In this document: positions 50,830 to 62,903 of the stretch, one piece after another
Layout: every line of letters begins with the position of its first letter
Numbering within the stretch: position 1 is the first letter of the stretch
Origin: Marsupella aquatica
Lineage: Eukaryota > Plantae > Marchantiophyta
Reading direction: 5' to 3'
Length of the DNA: 64,000 nt
Assembly: GCA_973895155.1 (NCBI GenBank)
Contig: OZ316892.1
Coordinates: forward strand, 4,300,510-4,364,509
The notes under the pieces: model-generated
Databases searched by the model: none
What the model was told of the DNA's origin: nothing
Seen by the model: only the letters and a program-made list of their open reading frames with translations
Program-made: the position numbers and the translations under genes

Positions 50830-51060
50830 AAACAGTGCAAGCCCAAAGGAAGTGGTCAAAGGGTGGAGAGCACCAAAGACCTCAAAAGGTAGAAAAGATA
50901 TATCCCCGGGGTACTGAAGGGCATAGGCCTCCTCCTTAAGTCGGGTTGCCTTGGCTGCAGCATGTCCATGCACATGAGTTGCAACCAAGAGTTGCTCTCT
51001 AGTAGGAGCAGCAATTAACACTTTATCAAGGGAACAAAAGTCAGTCCGCAATTGGTCAGG
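50830..51060 (-). mobile_element. remnant of a REL-endonuclease non-LTR retrotransposon C-terminus (CRE-like)
   Basis: VLIAAPT...HGHAAAKATRLKEEAY....PGD..FLPFEVFGALH resembles the DV...P...AA..A...K...Y...F.P...E.FG signature of REL domains. Confidence 0.5.
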
Positions 51061-51378
51061 CATGATGCCATCCCTAGGGAATTGGTCTAAAGCATGAATG
51101 AAGTTAAAATTGGAGTTTAAAGATATTCTATAGACATCTAGGAACTAGTAGTTGGAGGGATATAGTATATCCCATTCTGTATATAATATTTATTTTGTTT
51201 TATGTGGTAATATTATGTTTGGTTTTGCATTGTCCTAGATTTAAAGTGTTTAAGCATACTCCCTTCCTCAAATGAAGGGAGGTAGTATGGAAAATTAATG
51301 CCCTCAAAATTACAAAGAAAAAAATCATAAAAGTCTTTCAGGTCCACAAGGAGCCAAACCCAATGTGAATTTGCTTTT

Positions 51379-51723
51379 TGTTGAGCATAGACGACAATCG
51401 CAACGGCAAGCCCATGAACCATCCAACGCACAAAAGTCGACACAGAGAGATACGTGGTTCACCTCCACATGAGGCTACGTCCACAGGAACACACATGAGC
51501 TTTACTGCACTCTAGGTCAACCGGCCATACCAAGCATCCACAGCGCAAGCTCTCTCTATCTCTCAACTAGCTCCGTAACAATAAGCCTGAGTTCCCCCTC
51601 TCCAAGCAAACACCGCTTGGTTATAGAGTGTGCACAACATGACTAACCTAACCAAGTCTGCGACTAAGGTTAGCCTTAACTACGGTACATTCGTAACTCT
51701 AGACCTAAGAGTAAATCCTAACA
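51379..51723 (-). repeat. 3' LTR of the copia element (345 bp)
   Basis: TGTTGAGC...CCTAACA, preceded on the minus strand by the PPT-like GGGGAGAT. Confidence 0.95.
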
Positions 51724-54700
51724 ATCTCCCCATTGACTCTGGTCTAGGGGAGGATAAAGACTGCTACCAATATGACTGCTCAGCGGGAAATTCTGGAAAG
51801 AAAAACCAAACCGGTTTTTCCCTCTTTATACGAGAGTAAACCAGAACTAAGTCGTAGCCTATACAAGGAATGAGCAAGTCAGAGCATATCTCAGTATCTA
51901 CACAAATGTTAAGTAACCCTACTTGTGAGGCAATTGCAAAACATGCAACGCATCACGGTGTCTAGAAAAACTCTCCAAAGGAATCACTTTGGTAAAAGCG
52001 TCAGCCGGGTTGAGTTTACCGTCAATCTTGACTAGCTCAAACATATTATCAGACACAGCCTGCCTGATAAAATGGTACCTGACGTCGATGTGCTTCACTC
52101 TGCTGTCCATCACCTGCTTCACAGCAAGGTGGAGTGCACTTTGACTATCACAATGGAGCTTCACATTCCCCTGTGGCAATCCCATCTCAGTGATAAGTCT
52201 ATCCAACCAAATTGCTTCCTTTGCTGCTTCCGCTGCTACATCATACTCCGCTTCTGTAGTAGACTGAGCAATACACTTCTGCAAAGTAGACCTCCAACTT
52301 ATGCATCCACCTCCAAGTGTGAACACATAACTTGTTGTTGACCTCCTCCGATCCAGATCCTGTGCATAGTCAGCATCTACATAGCCCATCAATGATCTAG
52401 CATTATCAGCATGTGCATCAAACAATAGACCATGATCCACGGTACCCTTCAAATACCGAATAATCCACTTCACTGCTTCCCAGTGTACCTTCCCTGGATT
52501 CGACATGTACCTGCTCACCTTGCCCATAGCCCATGGCAAGATCAGGTCTAGTGCAAATCATCAAATACATGAGATTCCCCATTGCCTTGTCATACAGAAC
52601 CTTTGACATCAATCCCTTCTCTGTGTCATCCGTAGGACAGAAAGCTGATGACAAGTTGAAGTGTGGAGCCAACGGGGTACTTACTGGCTTGCTATCCCCC
52701 ATGTTGAACCTTGCAATTACCTTCCTCGCATAACTGCTCTGCGTCAACCATAGCTTACCAGCCTTCAAGTCCCTAGTGATCTCCATACCCAAAATTCTCT
52801 TAGTTGGCCCTAAGTCCTTCATCTTAAACTATGCACTAAGCAGTGCCTTGAGCTTAACAATCTCAGACCTATCCTTGGCCACAATAAGCATGTCATCCAC
52901 ATAAAGTACTAAAACAATGAACCCAAAAACAACATTCTTCACCGGTTTAAGATACACACATGGGTCAAACACACTCCTGTGAAAGCCTTGTGCACGGATC
53001 CAATCATCAAACCGCTTATTCCACTATCTTGGTGACTACTTCAACCCGTACAAGGATCTCAGCAATCTGCAAACCAAATCCTCTTGCCCTTTCTTCGCAA
53101 AATCTAGCGGCTGTCTCATGAAGATCACCTCTTCCAAGGTGCCATAGAGGAAAGTTATGACAACATCCATCTGATCTAGCAACAGACCAAACATAACAAC
53201 AAACACACACAATAGCCGTATTATTGAGTACTTAGCAACTGGTGAGAAGACCTCATTGTAATCCACACCTTTTTCCTATGAGAATTCCTTGGCTACCAAC
53301 CTAGCCTTGTAGACCTTCGATCCACCTCCTGTGGACTGATCCTTCAACTTGTATATCCACTTGCTGTCCACCACTTGTTGTCCCTCAGGCAGCTTGACAA
53401 GCTCCCAAGTTTTGTTGTCCTTCAGTGACTGCATTTTTGTTTGCATTGCTACAGCCCACTCTTGCTTCTCCTTTGAAGCACTTGCTTCATGAAATGAAGA
53501 AGGTTCCCCTTCTTCCAAAATCAACGCGTCACCCTCATCATCAGTAACAAAGTCCTCCTCTTGCAATTGAGATGAATCAACCCACTATCCATACCTTGGT
53601 GGAGCGCGTACAGTACGACCAGATACTCTTCTAGCCGATGACTCCGGTTGATTTGCGTGTGCTAGCGGTACAATTTGAAGCTCAGCAGCATCCACTTGCT
53701 GCTCACCAGCATCAACAAACTCCTCTGGTTCTTCTGGCACAGGAACCAACTCCATAATTGGAGCAACTCCTTCTCTCCGGTCATGCACCTCATGACCAAT
53801 CTCCCCCTCAATGAGATCCGGGATAGGAGATTTTCCTTTGTCAATACGGGAGACTTTAGTATTCTCCCCCTCCTTCAATAATCTGGATTCATTGAAGGAA
53901 ACATCCCTACTGACAACGAGCTTACAGGCAATAGGATCCCATAGCCTATAGGCTTTCACACCACTCTGGTACCCAAGAAAAACACATTTCTTGGAGGTAG
54001 GATCCAACTTGGTCTTATTTTGCTTTGGTGTGAGAGCATATGCATCACTTCCAAAAACTACCAAGCCATGATAGTCTGCTTGCCGCTTATAGCGCATCTC
54101 AAACGGCGTTTTGAAATTGATAGCACTAGAAGGAGAAAGATTTACCAAATAAGCTACGGTATTGACAGCTTCTGCCCAAAATTCTTGTGGTAAACCTGAT
54201 TGGCTCAACATACTTTGTGACCGCTCCAACAGTGTCCGATTGAGCCTCTCAGCGACATCATTCTGTTGCGGAGTATAAACTGTGGTGAGATGGTGAGTTA
54301 TCCCCTGTTCTGAACAGTACTCTTCAAATTTCACTGAAGTGTACTCCCCGCCGTTGTCTAACCTCAGACTCTTCACCCTTGTATCCAAACACTTGATCGT
54401 GTTTCCAGTCTGATTCTCCACCTGGGCCTTCCACTTCTTAAAAATGGACAAGACATCAGACTTATGCGTCACAAAATAAATCCACACAAATCTTGAATAA
54501 TCGTCAATAAATGATACATAGTACAACTTTCCAGAGTGTGAGGGAGTCGGGGATGGACCCCACATGTCACTATGTATGTACTCAAGAACCGCTTTGGAAC
54601 GATGAGTTCCAACACCGAAAGCACGACGATGTTGCTTTCCAAGAATGCAATGCTCACAGAACTCTAATTTACGAGATTGCAAATCAAAAATGAGTCCATT

Positions 54701-54853
54701 CTTCCGTAAGATAGCCAAACCCTTCTCACTCATGTGGCCTAGCCGTGAATGCCACAGTTGAGTCATCTCCTCGTGAGACTTGGTTACATTGGCCTCTCCA
54801 CATACAGTATTGCCCTGTAACACATACAAATTCTTCTGTCTGCTCCCCTTCAA

Positions 54854-55492
54854 GGCCTCATTCACAATTGGAGGACCCAAAAGGAACGTCACACTCAGAA
54901 GTGACCATAGTTTATTATGCTTTGGGACATCATTTGTAAGGTGTAATGAGATGATATGCAAAATTTGATGTACTATACTTAATAAACATCCTGTAGGTTG
55001 GTAACATTAATTAAACTATCTAGCATTTGAGACTTTGAAGCTTTCCTTATATGTCCTTCAAAGATCGATAAAAGGACTTGTCACGCAACGAGTCACATTA
55101 TTTCAGGACTCGAAAGGATTCTAAATACTTGCATTTTAGACAATGAAATTTTACCAAGACATGCATACTAATAGAATAATCTTATATTTTAAAATTCAAA
55201 TATTGACACACACTAAACCTTTATGTACAGGACAAAAATAATCAGTAATTTTGGCTTATTTAGGGCCATCAATAATAGGATCCCTTAAAAAAGTTAAAAA
55301 CTTGATTTATCTACATGGTGAGGTAGGTTACACCATGTAAAATAGTCTTGTGAAAAAATTAGACTTAAATGTCTTGAGATAAAATCATGATGAAGCTTTT
55401 TCCATGTTACGAAAGTCATTTTTCACTAAAAAAGCATGTTTTTGAGTCCTGAAAGTGGTTCCTGTGAGGTACACCCAATTGTGAATGACTCC
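54854..55492. mobile_element. 639-bp MITE nested in copia pol (PIF/Harbinger-like GG termini)
   Basis: TIRs ggcctcattcacaattgg and ccaattgtgaatgactcc; TCA(A) duplication; removal restores ...MILKGSRQKNLY. Confidence 0.8.
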
Positions 55493-56451
55493 TCAAAATC
55501 ATTGTCTCTCCCGACCTGACTTGAAGTTCACCATCAATAATGCTCCATTGATGACCATTTGAATCCAACACACCGAGTGAAATCAGATTCTTACGCATGA
55601 CAGGTACATACCTAACTCTGGACACTGTGCGCACAGCGCCATCAAACATTTGAATCTTCACAGACCCAATTCCCTTAATTTGACAGGAGTGATCATTTCC
55701 CATCAGAACTGAACCGTTTGAAACAGAGTAAGAACTGAAAAACTCACGAATGTAACAAATATGAAAGAGCAAGCACAATCAAGAATCCACACATCATCTG
55801 CTCTCCTAGATGACGTGCACAGGGCATACCCCCGGCTTCATAAAACATACTCATCATTGAGTAAATCAGCTTCTCCATCAGCCCTAGCCACATTTGCCGA
55901 TGAAGTTTCCGCTGCCTTTCCCTTACAGTCTCGCTTGAAGTGTTCCAACTTGGTTGCACTTCCAACATGTCACCTGCCTCCTCTGAGGGGATTTACCCTA
56001 GACTTAGTTCTGGATTTAGATCTAAACTAGGTTCTACGGTCCCCAGTTGGTCGCTGCATACTTCTCCCACGGTTAACATTGAGGGCAACACCAGATGATG
56101 AAGGCTGTGACGTGATGTGCATCTTCTGCTGAAGATCATCACTAAGCAGAGAAATTACCACGTCATTGTATGAAATGGTATCCCTATCACGATGCAACAA
56201 CACTCGTGATAGGGACTGGTATGATGGAGGTAATGAACTGAGAAGCTGCAGAGCCTTCGTCTCATCATTCAAAGTCTCCCCAAGGTTTTCCAAGTCAACG
56301 ACCATGTCGTTGACTGTATCCACATGGTCTTGCAACTTCATACCAGATTCCTTCATCCTGAAACTCATCGGTTTTTAGGAAGTGTAGAGCCGGTTTGACA
56401 ACTCCTTGCGGTGATACTGGCTCTGCAATTCTGCAAACAAGGACATGCAAT

Positions 56452-56737
56452 CTCGGGGGGTTGACTATCAAAAATCTTAGGAACCATGTGTGATCCAAAA
56501 TATGTATTTTTGATAAAAATTAACTAAATTTTTAAAAAGCGTAGGAGGCAAAAGAAGGTATTATAAACTCATGTTTATAGAATATTCTCTAATATATATT
56601 TTTTATAAAATAAAATAGGTTATTAATATTGAAAATAGAGATTATTCTTGGAATATTTTCTTTATAAAATAGGTCTATTTATATTAGGCTAGGATCGCAC
56701 GTGGTACCCCAAAATATACACTTAGTTAACCCCCGAG
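56452..56737. mobile_element. 286-bp MITE nested in copia gag, with an 8-bp TSD (hAT-like)
   Basis: Imperfect TIRs of about 45 bp (ctcggggggttgacta...accatgtgtgatcc and ggatcgcacgtggtacc...tagttaacccccgag); TSD CATGCAAT; removal restores HKDCMSLFAELQ. Confidence 0.88.
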
Positions 56738-58675
56738 CATGCAATCCTTATGTGCACCCAACTGCTTGATGATGAGAGGCATGAGATAGAGTGTAACACA
56801 CCACACTCCCTGCTCCTGCATGCGGTCCCATTGTTTCTCATCAACATCGTCTTCACGAGGGCTTAGCAGTTGGCCCATCCCTGATGCATAGAGCACTCCC
56901 TTCACCTGCTTCTCCCATAGCAAGTAGTCAGAGTGCCCATCATACTTTGTTACTTCATACTTGGGTCCCCAAGCTTGAAAGTCCCCCTCTTCTTCTTTGG
57001 CACTACCGTGAGCTCCGGTAGTAGTACTACCTCCTCCACCACCGCCGCACCGGTGATGGTATCGGTGTCACGTGCTCTTCCTCCTGCTCCACTCTCTGCC
57101 CCTCAAACCGCCGCGGTGATCCTCGTGCTTCAAGTTCCACGTCTTCGAAAAACTCCTCCGAATCACTCATATGAGAAAATCACAAAAAATGTCATTTTTC
57201 ACAACTTCTCAAAAAACTCAAAACTCAACACCGCCGCGTAGCCCACGAAGCTAGGAGTCCAATACTGAAAACCAAAATCAAAATCAAAAATTTGACGGAA
57301 AAGTTATTCAAATTTTGGTCGAGGTGGGTAAAACCTTGGGAAACTCCCCCGTTTTGACCACCTCAGGGAATAACCAAAATACCAAGTACAACCCATCGTC
57401 GGAATTGCGATGTGATCGGTGCACCGCATTGCCAACTTCAATGGCTACGACCTTGTCAAAAAAGAACCCAAAAAGTTATCGTTCGGCAGACAGAATCTTT
57501 GTCGGATGGCCAAAAAACAATATTCCCGCACAATCCGACAAGTCTCATAGGGGGCCGTTCCCCCTGTCTAAGTGGTTAAAATGGAGGGTCACAGGGCCCG
57601 GGATGCGGCACAACCAATGAGGAGGAGGAGAGAATTTTTTTTCATAAAAAGCACTTTGAAGGGTCTTAAAGCCTTTGGAAAAGGCGCACGTATTCGCGGC
57701 CACGCGCGCGTATCCGCGACCAGAATCACGTGTAAAGTGCAAACAAACGTGAAAAAACGAGTTTAAAGGGGTCAAAACGTGCGTATTTTTGCGTATTCAG
57801 GCCGTATAAGGGCGTTTTGGGCCGTATTTTCACCAAGAAAATCACATTTTCGTGCTTAAAGGGGTGTGGGAGGCCGGGGCGCACGCCGGGGTATATGGCG
57901 AAGTAGGTTTGTCAGGATTTGAAGGTATACAGGCCCTATGGGGGCATAAAAATGCCCTAAACTAGCCTTAAAATGTGCCAAAAAATGACACAAAGGCCGT
58001 GTTACAAACCTCAGCTGTCTCCGCTTCGATTTCCAATGAGAAAAGTGATGACCGCCGACATGAAAATGTTGCCAAATTGCACCGGCACGTCTGCAGCTCC
58101 ACCAAAGAAGAGAAAACCTCTGCCGTGTCTTACTCTCTCCGCGTCAAGGGCCAATCCCAGACTCAAAACGATCGTCTCACCATGATCTCTCCATTGAGCC
58201 TCAGCACTTCGCGTTTCTTCCTCCGGGTCAAGCGTCACGATGAGGAATCCAGTTCAGGGAAAAACAAGCACCATAGCTTGTCAAAAAACCAGAACTCAAC
58301 TTTCACTCGTCATGACGCACTCGCTCCACAAACGCCAGCAAACCAGGTACCAAAACGACTAGCTCGCTTCAACCTTCAACTTGAGCTATAACATGCGATG
58401 CCTCCCGCACCGCACATCTCACACCGTTGAAATAATAATCTCTGGTCTCTCCCCCAAAATCTCGTCGAACACGAATAAATCCTGAACGACGCAAACTTCA
58501 ATTCCTCTGCACCACAGATACCGATCAGCGAGTTCTAACCACCATTAGAAAGCCCTCTCACTAACCTATTCGCTCAGCCACACACATTCGAGTTTCATGC
58601 GACAAAACCCTGAATGCAACACCAACAATGAATGCTGGAAACCGTCACAAAAAAACCTCGTCACCTCCCAGGCAT

Positions 58676-58687
58676 GCTCTGATACCA
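58676..58687 (-). other. primer binding site (tRNA-iMet)
   Basis: TGGTATCAGAGC on the minus strand, 2 nt inside the 5' LTR. Confidence 0.95.
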
Positions 58688-58689
58688 AT

Positions 58690-59036
58690 TGTTGAGCATA
58701 GACGACAATTGCAACGGCAAGCCCATGAACCATCCAACGCACAAGAGTCGACACAGAGAGATACGTGGTTCACCTCCACATGAGGCTACGTCCACGGGAA
58801 CACACATGAGCTTTACTGCACTCTAGGCCGACCGGCCATACCAAGCATCCACAGCGCAAGCTCTCTCTATCTCTCAACTAGCTCCGTAACAATGAGCCTG
58901 AGTTCCCCCTCTCCAAGCAAACATCGCTTGGTTATAGAGTGTGCATAGCATGACTAACCTAACCAAGTCTGCGACTAAGGTTAGCCTTAACTACGGTACA
59001 TTCATAACTCTAGACCTAGAAGAGTAAATCCTAACA
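58690..59036 (-). repeat. 5' LTR of the copia element (347 bp)
   Basis: Near-identical to 51379-51723 (10 substitutions and a 2-bp indel by manual comparison). Confidence 0.95.
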
Positions 59037-59041
59037 CTTTT

Positions 59042-59400
59042 ATCTTCACCCAAAAATTGTGCTAGAATTGGATAACCCTCCAATAGGCTAGCTAGGAACT
59101 AAAATCTCACTCACTTACTGGCAAGGCGGTCATGGCAAGCCAAACCCAATGTAGTTTTGCTATATTCTTGACCCAAATTTGTGCTAAAATTGGATAACTG
59201 GACTAGCTAGGGGCTGAAATCTCAACCTAGGTAGGTTGGCAATGGGGCTGTTGCTCATATATACAGAGCGGAAGTCAATGTAGTTTTGCTCTTTTTTTGG
59301 CAGAGAAATTGTGCCAAAATTGAATAACCCTCCAAATGGGCCAGCTAGGGCTATTTAATATTTCATAAGCCTATGCTAGGTTTGCAATGGGGTTATGGCT
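59042..59400. repeat. degenerate tandem repeat of about 125 bp (3 units); the first unit is split by the copia insertion
   Basis: caatgtagttttgct...aaattgtgcYaRaattgRataac...gctaggg...ggcaa.ggggt units; the first half of unit 1 lies at 51352-51378 and a related unit at about 50070-50145. Confidence 0.7.
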
Positions 59401-60608
59401 CATAACCATTCACAGATATCCAAAGAAAAAATTACAGAGGGGCAGATTACAGTTGAACACAGTATAGCGAATCCAGTGAAAATGGATTGTCATTCAAGTC
59501 TCTTCTGCCTGAAATGTTGTCTATAGTCTGGATTTTGTCCCTTTGTTTTTGTCTCACAGTCTACTTGTGTTCAGTTTTTTATATTTGAATGAGCCCTATG
59601 CTAGTGCGTTGCACGGCACAAGGAGGGCCGGCCATAGGGAGTCAACGAGGGCTGGCCCAGAGGGAGTAGGGCCAGGGAATTTATGGGGCAGCGTGGGGAA
59701 GCACATATGCACCAGGGGTGTCCATTTTCTCCATCAATGGTTAGGAAAAACAGCCAAAGGAATCCAACGGCTGTGGATCTTTCTCGCTCATGAGCTTTTT
59801 TGTATTGGGATGAACGACAAAAAATGCAGGATCCCTTATTATAGTTGTAGATGTCCTATGTCGATGATACCGGTGATGATACTGGTTGTACTGGGACATA
59901 CTGAGCTTTGTCCACTAGTCTGTTGTGTATCAATGGATTGGAGTAAAGTTTCAGTTTCCATGGAATCCAAGTAGACTTCTTCTCCAAGAAAATTGGAGTG
60001 AAATTTCAGTTTCCATGAATTTCTTAGTTTGTAGTCAATAGATAGAGATAACTTTGGGTTTCCATTGAAATCTAAGTTAGTCTCTGCAGACAACAGGAAA
60101 TGAGTTTAAAAAAATAGTAGTGGCAGATTGACAAGCTATAATATGCAACTTCACCGATTCTGACCATTGTCTGTTTATGAATTGCAATCTGGGCAGGACT
60201 GAAGGCATCCTGGCTGTTCATTAAAATTTTGTTTCTTTGTCATTGTTTGATTGGCCATGAACTGGTCCCCATGTGCCCTCCCTACTTCTGCAGGCGCCAT
60301 ATGTGCCTCCTCCTATACGAGGGTAATCCTCTCCTCAAACATGTCTTGGGTAGCCATGGGTACTTCACACGGCAAGGGAGCTAGACCCAAATTGGAAACA
60401 AAAATATCTTTTGTGACCAGAAGTCCCTTTGAGAAATTCATTAGAAAGCTATGAATAAGGGCTAGACCCTAATGGAATTCACAATATCTTTGTGACCAGA
60501 AGCCCCTTTGAGAAGTTCTTAAGCTCATTAGAAAGCTATGAATGAGAACTCAAGACATTCATTGGGGTAGCATGGTGCCCCAATAGGCCAATACATTGAT
60601 GAGAAACT

Positions 60609-61024
60609 TGTTAAGTAATGATAGCAAGCAAATGTGATTCAACACTGACAAGAGTATTTGACAACAAGAGGTTTGTGGTTCACGTTTGGTAATGCTACTT
60701 CCACGAGAAGACACTAGTAAGTCAGAACTTTGTTGCACTTTAGGCCTGTCAGCATACCAAGTCACCGCCCTGGAATATTAACTAAAAACAATATATTTTG
60801 TTAATATCACATATAATTCTTATTCAGTTAACTTTTCTACAAGCAAGCCCTATCCCTATCTCTGAACTTGCTCTCCAACAATGACCATGAAGTTCCACCA
60901 ACCATGAGTTTACTCAAGCCATATATATGAGCTCCAGGCTATCTAACCCAACTCTGCTCCTGACTACAATTAGAGTAACTCGGGTAACAAGAGTAACCCA
61001 AGACCTACAAGTAAATACTTAACA
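60609..61024 (-). mobile_element. solo LTR of a related copia family with intact TSD
   Basis: Termini TGTTAAGTA...TACTTAACA; 5-bp TSD AAACT on both sides; internal blocks gtggttcac..gctac.tccacg and tgcact.taggcc..catacc match the copia LTR. Confidence 0.85.
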
Positions 61025-62034
61025 AAACTTTAATTTGGAAAAGGGCTAGTGCACATGGACAGGGGGAATAAGCAATGTCATGCATGATTGGGTGGTTTGG
61101 AAGCTCTGGAATTATACCTTGGGAGGCAAGGATCTTGAGCTTTGTAAGGAGTCCAACAAAGACACAAGTGGCACCATTGCATCTTGTGAGTTGTAGTGTT
61201 GGGGACTTAAGATGGTCCCCGCATTTGAGTACAAGCTATGAACTTAGGGCCATGAGCATGTCTTAGAGGTAGGGCAGTCAGTCAGTGACAAGTAGAAACT
61301 AGAAAGTGGGGGAAGCTAGGGCTAAGAATGCTTGGTAGAGTTGCTCCATAGGAGCATTGAGTGTGAACCCTTTGTTTCTACAAAATATGGCAAAACTTAA
61401 AAACTATGGGAGATTGTGGGGGAGATTGATTCAATCTATTCATTGACCAATCTACCGACAACTGTTGAGCTACAGATAAGACCATGGCCAAATTGTCCCT
61501 TGCTACCTTGGATGGAGTATTTACGTTGGGGATCCGTACGTATGTGTAGGCAATTGTTGGGTTAATAATTATCAGCGTTAGTACATGTGAGTCTTTCTAT
61601 GGGAGTTGTTGTGGACAAAGAATGGGATCACCAGAGCTAGCTTATTTGAGTTCCCATGATCCAGGTCCATGATAGTTTCAAGATCAAGCTATGTCCACAA
61701 GAGGGGATAGAGCTTGACAAAAACGCCTCAAACAATGGGAGGTCCACAATTCCATCCACGACCTCATTTACAACTCCAGTTCTGAATAAATGATGATTGA
61801 ATCATACATTTTGAAAATGTGATTTTGTTGGCTGAAACAAAGTTCACTTGAATGGTCTGAAAACAGGTCCCAAACAATATTGTCACATTGTCAAAATGAA
61901 GGTGATGTTATTTATTATGTTTTCTAAGGGAAATCTGTGAAATCTCACAGAAAAACAAGAGTCAACCCATATCAATTGAACCCAAAACCTATCAATCTCT
62001 AAGCAAATGAGTTACCACAAAGTCATGCCTCTCT

Positions 62035-62101
62035 GGGCAAAGGGGATGTTATTTTATAGCATCTAAGTGGGCAAAGGGGATGTTATTTTATAGCATCTAA
62101 G
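62035..62101. repeat. 33-bp tandem duplication
   Basis: tgggcaaaggggatgttattttatagcatctaag occurs twice. Confidence 0.9.
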
Positions 62102-62856
62102 TCAAATTAATCTAACTATACACGATACCATTCAGGCCAAGTATCCATGACCATTGGCAGAGGTTTCTTTTTTTCTCTCTACTAGATCACTAAAGCTTTC
62201 CCATTTAAACTTTCTTTTTTGGTCACATCTGGTATTATTATTAATTAACGGGTACTAACGTGTCTGTCCCGAATCGGACCTCGACGAATTTCCCCCTTAT
62301 TTTGAACCGAAGGCGATTATTAACTGCCGTAGATGCAACGGATCGGCGGCAGGGGATAAAATAACAATTATTTATACAGAAAGTGCAATCGTGCCACGAC
62401 AAGACAGCCCGAGCCCGGTTGTTTATGTTTGTTTTCAGTTGGCCTTCGGCAGAGAGAGAGTGAGAGACAGGACACGGAGCTCGGAAACCAACACAACGGA
62501 CTCACGCACGCAGAGCATTCAATCGTCCATCCACGCGAACGAAGAGCTCTCAATCTGCCATCCATTCATACCGCGGTACCTGGCAGAAAGCAGCAACACG
62601 TCCACAAGGCGAGAGAGAGCGACTGAGAGATCAGAGATGGAAATGGCACTAGAAACGAGCTGGAAATGAGTAGTAGTGGTCGGTGACTCTTTGGAATGGG
62701 AAAGCAGACTGAGAGTACTTGAGCTCAACGACTTTGTCTAGACGTGACGAGCGTCATGGAATGTGAAGAGGAATCGCCACAAGTGACTTTCGCCCGAGAA
62801 GGACAGACGATTGGGAACGGGCAACACAGAGTGGAACGTGACGGAGAAGGATTTTG

Positions 62857-62859
<3 letters not shown>

Positions 62860-62898
<39 letters not shown>
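62860..62898. repeat. (GA)n microsatellite in a CpG-rich, 5'UTR-like region
   Basis: about 19 GA units; surrounding 62270-63850 is CpG-rich with no recognisable ORF. Confidence 0.85.

Positions 62899-62903
<5 letters not shown>

Larger units (their letters stand above)
51919..57170 (-). pseudogene. copia gag-pol polyprotein disrupted by stops, frameshifts and two insertions
   Basis: gag (LLSSLPPSY), zinc knuckle CWKCNQVG, protease WILD, integrase LWHSRLGH/CEHC/LDNGGEY/TPQQN, RT YKARLVAK/YGLK/YVDDML, RNase H DADYA/STTEAEY/HIDVRYHF. Confidence 0.93.
51379..59036 (-). mobile_element. full-length, inactivated Ty1/copia LTR retrotransposon (Tnt1/Tork-like)
   Basis: LTRs 51379-51723 and 58690-59036 (TG..CA); 5-bp TSD CTTTT; tRNA-iMet PBS; PPT next to the left LTR; domain order gag-PR-INT-RT-RH. 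Confidence 0.97.

Noticed and set aside
54854-54961. N-terminus of the 458-aa integrase ORF
   Set aside because: Derived from the nested MITE, not from the retrotransposon
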